A stretch of DNA of 64,000 nt from Setoptus koraiensis (lineage: Eukaryota > Animalia > Arthropoda): assembly GCA_048013815.1 (NCBI GenBank), contig CM106585.1, positions 9,796,001-9,860,000 of the forward strand. The letters are read 5' to 3'. Of the stretch, positions 56,584 through 64,000 are shown piece after piece. The notes under the pieces are model-generated. The model made no database searches and was not told the origin of the DNA. It saw only the letters and a list, made by a program, of their open reading frames with translations. How positions within the stretch are numbered: the first letter of the stretch is position 1; every line of letters starts with the position of its first letter. A program made the position numbers and the translations under genes.

Positions 56584-59500
56584 ATGCAGCCCCCAAGATG
56601 GACAGTATGCCTGATTCAGGCCGTGATTGTATTGTTCGTCATAGCCATGCAAACTCAGGCTGCTCCTCAGTTATTTGATAGCGTTATAAAGCCACTGTCA
56701 ACAATTGCCAGACAGCCAAGAGTGTTGGAGTTCAATTTCACTGCCTCATTTGGAGACGATCATCTAAAGAAACAAATCAGTGAGGTCAATAGTACTCGCA
56801 CTGTGAGTAGTCCAGTGGCCAATATTAATGGCGAACAAATCAGGGTACCCCAATTGACCGAGCAAAACGTTGATAGCAAGCGTGGTGCTGTGGTGAAAAC
56901 AATGGACGAGTTTGCTTCATCATTGAAAAGTGTCACCGACGAAGACGAATGCGATTGCGATCCAAAGGACAGCGCCAAAGGTGTGCGCGAAGTTATTGAT
57001 GCCACATCAAAACTCAGCCAAGACCTATTGCGATGTTTGCTGGATTCGGTGAGATCGCGAATTGGCCAACAAGAGGCCACACTTATTAGGGCTCTAGTCA
57101 AAGAATCAATGGATGCATTGTCACGTTCAGTGGACGGCATTTACGCAATTTGGAAGGACGATCAGAAGAACGAGCCCACTCAGGCCGTGCAAGCCATTGT
57201 TGACGGTATGATGTCTGTGTTGAATCAATTTTCGTCACGTCTCACAACAGCCTTGACTTCGAAACCAGAGAAAAGAATCTCAACAATCGCTTGGGTATTG
57301 GATGAAATGACAAATCTCGTCGCCAATACCTCAGCATCGCTGGCAAACGATCTAGACAAAGGCCTGAACGAAAAACAATTGGATCTAGTACTGAAACTGG
57401 CAATTGATCTTGCTCAGCCTCTCGCGTCACCGGTATTGGCAAGCTTCGTCAATGGTACAGCACGTATACCATTTATTAATGGTCAAATGTTGATCTTCAT
57501 CGAGGAAGCACAAAATATTAGCCGTGGCTGCCTGAATACCAAGTCGCTCCGCGTAAATCTACCATCGGCAATATTGAAATCACTAGCCAAAAGTTTGTAC
57601 TCAATCAAAATCAAGGTGGGTAGCACTGACGCAACAGCAGCATCAATTTCTCACAGGGCTGCCACAAGCAACTTCTTGTTTAGCTTGATACAGCAGGTCG
57701 AGGATATGATTCGTCAGACCAACTCACTTGAGAAGAGCCAAATAACACCCAAATGTCGCCAAATGGCCCGAGAGGGTGTGGCGAATTCAGTGGTCATAGT
57801 AGAGCAAGTGATTGCCAACGTGTTGCCGGAATTGAAAACAGGAAGCCAGAGTCAAGTGCAAGTGAGCCAAGGAAAGCTGGCTGGACAAATGGCGTTGGAT
57901 TTCGCTGGTATATTGCCAATTGTAAGCGATGATCTAACTCAGTTCAGTGGACGCGAAGAACGTCTGGCTAACATCACAATGTTGATCTATCAACAATTGG
58001 AGGTACTCAAACGTGTGGCCAAAAACGATCAAGCCATCAGCAAGAATTCTCTCGAGGGCACCAAGGCAACCATTCAATTATTGGTTGATGTAGCCAGATT
58101 GGAGGTGAGATACGTACAAATTGCCGTTGAACGTGTCCACCAATCGGACGAGCGAGGCTCGAGACTTCAGCTTATCAACAAGGTTGTCCGCGCCATTATT
58201 GCGTCAGTAACCAAATCGGGAATAACGGAAGTCAGTGCCGATAATACACCATTGACCAAAATGATTGGAGACATATCAGAGGCACTGAGCAAAACGATTG
58301 ATGGTATTAGCCAGAATACTCTCAAGGATAAACCTAGGAGTGCAGGTGACGTTCTCTTTGAGGTATTCTATTCAATGATGGAAACTGAACGTAAGCTCAT
58401 ATCTGACGCCCAAACTCCACCAAGAAGCGGCCTCAGTCAATCGGTGCCAACCGATGCCATATTTGGATTGGCCAATTCTATTAGAACAGCAGTGGATTGG
58501 TCCAACGCCTTGACCAGATCATCTGGATTAGAGCCTTCAATTCAGGACGCTCTCATTGATCTGATAATCAAGGTAGTGGTTAGAACTTCGGACAGTTTGA
58601 ATGGCAACGAGAAACAAAACAAAGATCTAGATTCCAGTTTAAGTGGCGATCTAAGTAGTGTCTTGGATGAATTGAAGAAGATCCAGCAACAGATTAAATC
58701 GTCATCAGGAACCAAGACAACAACACAAGCATACATAGATTACTATAGTTATGATGACTACTCGGACAAGACACCAACGAGTGGTCTAACAAACCTTGTC
58801 ATAGCCGCAAACAATGTAGACGAGATTCTTGCATACATTCTAGGATTCAACGTGAAATTGACGACTAGTGTAACACTCAGAAATTCAAAGACAATAGTAG
58901 ATGTGATAATAGTGCTTCTGGAGGATTGTAGTCGCACACCTCAAGTGAACGATGATGGATCAATAAGTTTGCCTTCGGGAGTGCTTACAACACCTAGACC
59001 AACACCTACAGAGGCACCAACGACCACAAGTGCACCAACAACCACAAAATCGCCATCAACCACGAGTGAACCAGGAGTGCCAAGTGAGCCAGGCAAGCCA
59101 GGTCACCCAGGTCACCCAGGTCGACCAGGACATCCTGGTACTGGTAGTCCATCAACAACTCCATCAAGCAGCGAATCAGAGCCAGGCAAGCCCGGTCATC
59201 CAGGGCACCCAGGTCATGGAAGCCCATCATCGACTCCATCGAGCAGCGGTGCTGAACCAGGAAAGCCAGGTGAGCCAGGCACGCCAGGTCGACCGGGTCA
59301 CCCGGGTCAACCAGAACACCCAGGTCATCCTGGTACTGGTAGCCCATCAACAACCCCGTCAAGCAGCGTTGCTGAACCCGGAGAGCCAGGCAAACCAGGT
59401 CACCCAGGCAGACCAGGACACCCAGGTCATGGTGGCCCATCAACCACTCCCTCAAGCCGCGGCGCTGAACCAGGTGAGCCAGGCAAGCCAGATCACCCGG

Positions 59501-61992
59501 GTCGACCAGGACACTCAGGTCATGGTGGCTCATCGACACCATCGAGAATTGGATCAGGCCCATCTGATGGCGTCCCGACCACTCCATCAAGCAGCGGATC
59601 AGAGCAAGGTCATCCAGGACACCCAGGTCATGGAAGCCCACTAACAACACCATCAAGCAGCGGTGCTGAACTAGGAGAGCCGGGTCACCCAGGCAAACCA
59701 GGACACCCTGGCCGCCCAGGACATCCAGGTTTACCAGGTCTTCCCGGCCTTGGTAGCGTTTTAACAACTCCATCGAGCACTGGATCGGAGTCAGGCCAGC
59801 CAGGTGAGCCAGGCAAACCAGGACACCCTGGCCACCCAGGTCTACCAGGTCTACCAGGTCTACCAGGTTTCCCTGGTCTTCCCGGCCTTGGTAGCGTTTC
59901 AACAACTCCATCGAGCAGCGGTGCTGAACTAGGCCAGCCAGGTGAGCCAGGCAAACCAGGACATCCAGGTAGACCGGGACACCCAGGTCACCCAGGTACT
60001 GGTAGCCCATCAACAACTCCGTCGAGCAGCGGATCAGAGCCAGGAGAGCCAGGCAAGCCCGGTCACCCAGGCAGACCAGGACACCCTGGCCGCCCAGGAC
60101 ATCCAGGTTTACCAGGTCTTCCAGGCCTTGGTAGCGTTTCAACAACTCCATCGAGCACTGGATCGGAGTCAGGACCAGGACACCCAGGTCTACCAGGTCT
60201 ACCAGGTTTCCCTGGTCTTCCCGGCCTTGGTAGCGTTTCAACAACTCCATCGAGCAGCGGTGCTGAACTAGGCCAGCCAGGTGAGCCAGGCAAACCAGGA
60301 CATCCAGGTAGACCGGGACACCCAGGTCACCCAGGTACTGGTAGCCCATCAACAACTCCGTCGAGCAGCGGATCAGAGCCAGGAGAGCCAGGCAAGCCCG
60401 GTCACCCAGGCAGACCAGGACACCCTGGCCGCCCAGGACATCCAGGTTTACCAGGTCTTCCCGGCCTTGGTAGCGTTTCAGCAACTCCATCGAGCACTGG
60501 ATCGGAGTCAGGCCAGCCAGGTGAGCCAGGCAAACCAGGACACCCTGGCCACCCAGGTCTACCAGGTCTACCAGGTTTCTCTGGTCTTCCCGGCCTTGGT
60601 AGCGTTTCAACAACTCCATCGAGCAGCGGTGCTGAACTAGGCCAGCCAGGTGAGCCAGGCAAACCAGGACATCCAGGTAGACCGGGACACCCAGGTCACC
60701 CAGGTACTGGTAGCCCATCAACAACTCCGTCGAGCAGCGGTGCTGAACCCGGAGAGCCAGGCAAGCCTGGTCATCCAGGACACCCAGGTCATGGAAGCCC
60801 ATCAACAACTCCATCGAGCAGCGGATCAGAGCCAGGAGAGCCAGGCAAGCCCGGTCACCCAGGCAGACCAGGACACCCAGGACATCCAGGTTTCCCAGGT
60901 CTCCCCGGTCTTGGTAGCGTTTCAACAACTCCTTCAAGCAGCGGTGCTGAACCAGGACGGCCAGGTCACCCAGGTCGTCCAGGACATCCAGGTTTACCAG
61001 GTTTCCCCGGCCTTGGTAGCGTTCCAACAACTCCATCAAGCGGCGCGTCAGAACCTGGCGAGCCAGGTCGCCCAGGCAGACCAGGGCACCCTGGTTCCGG
61101 TGGAGTGTCAACGACGCCATCGAGCAGAGGATCTGAGTCAGGCCACCAAGGACACCCAGGTCTACCAGGTTTCCCCAGTCTTCCTGGTCTCGGTAGTGTT
61201 ATAACAACTCCATCAAGCAGCGGATCGGAACCAAGCGAGCCAGGCCAGCCAGGAAAACCAGGTCACCCCGGTCGACCAGGACATCCAGGTATACCAGGTC
61301 TACCTGGTCTACCAGGTTTCCCCAGTCTTCCTGGTCTTGGTAGCGTTTCAACAACTCCATCTAGTGAAACGACACACTCTAGCCATCCCAATCATGGTTT
61401 ACCAACAACATATCCTGTAGGTGTTCCCATTGGTCACCAAAGTAGGGGAGAAAGTACTACTACATCATCGCCGAAGAATGGCGATGATGTCGAATGTACC
61501 AAAATCCCATTAGGACATGGCCCAGTTAGTTTACCCGGCCATCCAATTCATCTACCAATCCCAACAGTATGTATTGCCAAAGGAAAGACGCCAACAACAA
61601 CGACACCGGCTTCATCTACAAACCAACAGCAGAGATCAACTACAGTGTCCCCACCAACTGATGGACCTAAGTCCAGTGCACCTAGTCAAAGTATTGGAGG
61701 TACAACTGAACAGCCGAAACGATCTCCACATCAGTCGTGTCCATTGGTACCTGTTGATGACAACGATGAACTGGATTCGGATGATATTAAGACCTTCGAA
61801 CACGAGTCACACTCTCCCTCTGAAAGATTGAATGAACTAAAGGAGCTCCTTCGATCGCTTGTGGCTTCATCATCTGGCGTTGTATGTCACCAGACGGATG
61901 AATCCAAGCTCAAACGTCAAGAAGAACTATTATATGCCGACGTGCTCAAATATTTGACTCGTCGTCAGCTAAAGACATGCTCTAAAGCTTGA
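56584..61992 (+). CDS. Giant secreted protein, 1802 aa: signal peptide, ~800-aa helical domain, interrupted collagen-like (Gly-X-Pro)n/Ser-Thr repeat core, Cys-containing C-terminal domain
   Basis: 5.4-kb uninterrupted ORF; [26 protein letters not shown] signal peptide (the ORF track's GTG start at 56485 is unlikely); ~22 modules such as [36 protein letters not shown]. Confidence 0.92.
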   Translation: MQPPRWTVCLIQAVIVLFVIAMQTQAAPQLFDSVIKPLSTIARQPRVLEFNFTASFGDDHLKKQISEVNSTRTVSSPVANINGEQIRVPQLTEQNVDSKRGAVVKTMDEFASSLKSVTDEDECDCDPKDSAKGVREVIDATSKLSQDLLRCLLDSVRSRIGQQEATLIRALVKESMDALSRSVDGIYAIWKDDQKNEPTQAVQAIVDGMMSVLNQFSSRLTTALTSKPEKRISTIAWVLDEMTNLVANTSASLANDLDKGLNEKQLDLVLKLAIDLAQPLASPVLASFVNGTARIPFINGQMLIFIEEAQNISRGCLNTKSLRVNLPSAILKSLAKSLYSIKIKVGSTDATAASISHRAATSNFLFSLIQQVEDMIRQTNSLEKSQITPKCRQMAREGVANSVVIVEQVIANVLPELKTGSQSQVQVSQGKLAGQMALDFAGILPIVSDDLTQFSGREERLANITMLIYQQLEVLKRVAKNDQAISKNSLEGTKATIQLLVDVARLEVRYVQIAVERVHQSDERGSRLQLINKVVRAIIASVTKSGITEVSADNTPLTKMIGDISEALSKTIDGISQNTLKDKPRSAGDVLFEVFYSMMETERKLISDAQTPPRSGLSQSVPTDAIFGLANSIRTAVDWSNALTRSSGLEPSIQDALIDLIIKVVVRTSDSLNGNEKQNKDLDSSLSGDLSSVLDELKKIQQQIKSSSGTKTTTQAYIDYYSYDDYSDKTPTSGLTNLVIAANNVDEILAYILGFNVKLTTSVTLRNSKTIVDVIIVLLEDCSRTPQVNDDGSISLPSGVLTTPRPTPTEAPTTTSAPTTTKSPSTTSEPGVPSEPGKPGHPGHPGRPGHPGTGSPSTTPSSSESEPGKPGHPGHPGHGSPSSTPSSSGAEPGKPGEPGTPGRPGHPGQPEHPGHPGTGSPSTTPSSSVAEPGEPGKPGHPGRPGHPGHGGPSTTPSSRGAEPGEPGKPDHPGRPGHSGHGGSSTPSRIGSGPSDGVPTTPSSSGSEQGHPGHPGHGSPLTTPSSSGAELGEPGHPGKPGHPGRPGHPGLPGLPGLGSVLTTPSSTGSESGQPGEPGKPGHPGHPGLPGLPGLPGFPGLPGLGSVSTTPSSSGAELGQPGEPGKPGHPGRPGHPGHPGTGSPSTTPSSSGSEPGEPGKPGHPGRPGHPGRPGHPGLPGLPGLGSVSTTPSSTGSESGPGHPGLPGLPGFPGLPGLGSVSTTPSSSGAELGQPGEPGKPGHPGRPGHPGHPGTGSPSTTPSSSGSEPGEPGKPGHPGRPGHPGRPGHPGLPGLPGLGSVSATPSSTGSESGQPGEPGKPGHPGHPGLPGLPGFSGLPGLGSVSTTPSSSGAELGQPGEPGKPGHPGRPGHPGHPGTGSPSTTPSSSGAEPGEPGKPGHPGHPGHGSPSTTPSSSGSEPGEPGKPGHPGRPGHPGHPGFPGLPGLGSVSTTPSSSGAEPGRPGHPGRPGHPGLPGFPGLGSVPTTPSSGASEPGEPGRPGRPGHPGSGGVSTTPSSRGSESGHQGHPGLPGFPSLPGLGSVITTPSSSGSEPSEPGQPGKPGHPGRPGHPGIPGLPGLPGFPSLPGLGSVSTTPSSETTHSSHPNHGLPTTYPVGVPIGHQSRGESTTTSSPKNGDDVECTKIPLGHGPVSLPGHPIHLPIPTVCIAKGKTPTTTTPASSTNQQQRSTTVSPPTDGPKSSAPSQSIGGTTEQPKRSPHQSCPLVPVDDNDELDSDDIKTFEHESHSPSERLNELKELLRSLVASSSGVVCHQTDESKLKRQEELLYADVLKYLTRRQLKTCSKA
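59060..61370 (+). repeat. Coding tandem repeat array (~22 modules; three-module super-repeat of 339-369 bp)
   Basis: Recurrent ccaggt/ccagga codons and caacaactcc(a/g)tcgagcagc linkers; near-identical blocks start at ~59930, ~60270 and ~60640. Confidence 0.95.
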
Positions 61993-64000
61993 GGGGGCCG
62001 ATAAGTGGTTACAATTCATGATAACTTTTCTTATGAATTCAAAACTTGTTAGATCTACTACTGCTATGAGCATTGAGAAAAGTTAATATTCTTCTATCAT
62101 CTATGATATGATTCCAGACTGTTGATGCAGTTTATAAGTGATGATGAACCTATACAAGCTGCATTTTTTAATTCACTACTACCGCAATAAATCAATTAAA
62201 TTATAGCAATGAGTCATTGGGGAATTATTTATAATTATTTTCGGGCCAACAAAAACAGAGGCAACTTCGGCAAAGATGGTAGTATTTTCCATTGCTGCAT
62301 AGAGCACTAAATCTAATCTGCTAAGATTTACTCCAGCACACAAATACAGTTTACAGTTGTTCTTCTGCTCCTACTCGGCCAATCCAGGTGATTGTGTCGA
62401 GATCAACAGAAACTCCCAGCCTGACGATCCGTCTGAAGACGATAACAGCGATCTGACTGTCTAACTTTCAAAGTTTCAGTAGTCAACCGATTGCGAAAGT
62501 CCCTTAAGATCTGTTGCTTTATAAAACGGTAGAGATTTTGTGTAATTCAACCATCCTGCTGACGTGTGAAAGTAGTTGGCCAGCACGAATCGCCTCTAGC
62601 TGGAACCATGTAGAGCGCCCTTGGTCGAGCGAACGACGACAAGGACGAACGTCGAGGGGAACAGCCAAAAGTGTCGTTGTTGGACGATTTTGCCAGGATG
62701 GACTGAGGAAAATTTAAACAATGAACCATTAATCATGCGATAAGTCTTCAACCTATCGAAAGACATGAATAGTCTTAGTGAAATACAAAAGAAAATACGC
62801 CCTACGCTGTTTAGCGACAGTACATTGTATAATGAGCGGTGAAATTGAATCCGGCTCCGAATCAAAATCGTCAGCTCCTTGAGATAACTAATAAAATTCG
62901 TTTGGCGCCTAGGTAAACTCTTTGGGCATAATTTTTTCCTCAGGGAACATCCGACTTTTCCTGCTTCACAATCTAAATATTGCGCGCGCTTCTTCGGAAC
63001 TTTTATCGCATCGGCAACTTACTCTCCATTTTTGGTATCAACGTGGTGACACCTAGAATCGAGTCCGATGAACCAAAACACGTTCATCGCAAATTCTGTT
63101 TCTCTTTTGCTCATATTCATAGGTGATTAAAGATATACATCTGTCTTAAAATAACTGTAATATTGCGTGGATTCTTTCAGACTTGGCAGCGATCATTAGT
63201 TATCGTTGTCTTCCGCACTTGCTTTCACTTGCAAAAAGCAAGACAAAACATCTCAGTGATGATAACAACAGACAGTTGGAATATATCTATTCGAGGACAT
63301 TGATGTGTGATTCGCCAGTAAAATCACGTACAATCGGCGGAAGTTGTTATGAGGCTGACCCCAATAAGAGTAGGCACACGAAATCGAATAGGTTTGCGCT
63401 TGCTGCGGGAACAGGAGACACTTCATTCGCGCCTTTGCTCTGGCGATTCATCTCTCGTCGCTGAACGATGTCGATGCTTATCACAATCTTCCAATACTCG
63501 TAGCAACTCGATTTTGGGGAGCTCGTTTATTTGGATTGAGTCAGACATCGCAATGATCTCACTAGATACAATTGTCTTCCACGCTAGATTTCTCGAAATT
63601 CTTGTAGCAAAGAACAATCGGTGCGGCAGATCGGTGATGAAAACAAGAGACGATTGCTAACTATCGATCGAAGCACATTAATTGTCGATTAGGGAGGACA
63701 AACAGGCACGATTAGCAAAAATTGTTAAGGTTGTACCTCATTAAAACACAGACTGAATTGAATAGTTTGGCGCTTGCTATGGGAATAGTAGACACTTTCA
63801 TCGACACAGTGAATAAAATGCGAAAACAAAATCAAGTTCTCTCATTCGTGCCTTTGCTCTGATTCCTCGCGAGTCTTAATGACGTTCCCGAGTGCACTAT
63901 CTCCCGAGAGAGTTTTATGCAGAAGCAATCTGCCCCGAAAGGCGGGCGCATGCTCCCGCGCAGTGAGGCTCGATGCGTTCGGGATCTCGGTGAAAACTTA

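Noticed and set aside
59006-61120. 704-aa minus-strand ORF and several 76-204 aa alternative-frame ORFs
   Set aside because: Shadows of the Gly-X-Pro codon repeat (CCAGGN has no stops in other frames); no independent start context or domain

Overview
Eukaryotic (arthropod-type) genomic DNA, not prokaryotic: GT-AG introns, poly-Q/poly-N tracts, no operons, tRNA, rRNA or CRISPR seen. Genes are strikingly intron-poor (GH47 mannosidase, NONO, RAD51D, TDRD5-like and an 1802-aa secreted protein are single-exon) and CAA/CAG microsatellites are everywhere. This fits a compact, intron-depleted mite genome such as an eriophyoid (inference only). The left ~29 kb is gene-sparse, with long, GC/CpG-rich, repeat-laden non-coding DNA around the 5' half of a 5-HT1-type serotonin receptor, an SDR16C dehydrogenase, an orphan secreted protein, a Golgi alpha-1,2-mannosidase and a PLAG-type zinc-finger ORF. 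From ~29.4 kb there is a compact housekeeping cluster (NFATC2IP/NIP45, RTRAF-like, SmD3, RAD51D), then orphan membrane proteins, TMEM9, NONO, TDRD5/tejas-like, MFSD11 and a giant secreted protein with an interrupted (Gly-X-Pro)n/Ser-Thr repeat core. Highlights: (1) a head-to-head chimeric gene in which the 5'UTR and first ~65 codons of NIP45 replace the N-terminal domain of the tRNA-ligase subunit RTRAF; (2) a ~5.4-kb imperfect palindrome around TDRD5 that created an intact LOTUS-only mini-gene, with patchy arm identity and a hAT-type MITE (8-bp TSD); (3) the collagen-like/mucin-like giant secreted protein with silk-like tripartite architecture; (4) many short perfect foldback palindromes, one of pre-miRNA size. 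All homology calls are from motif recognition by eye; no database search was run.
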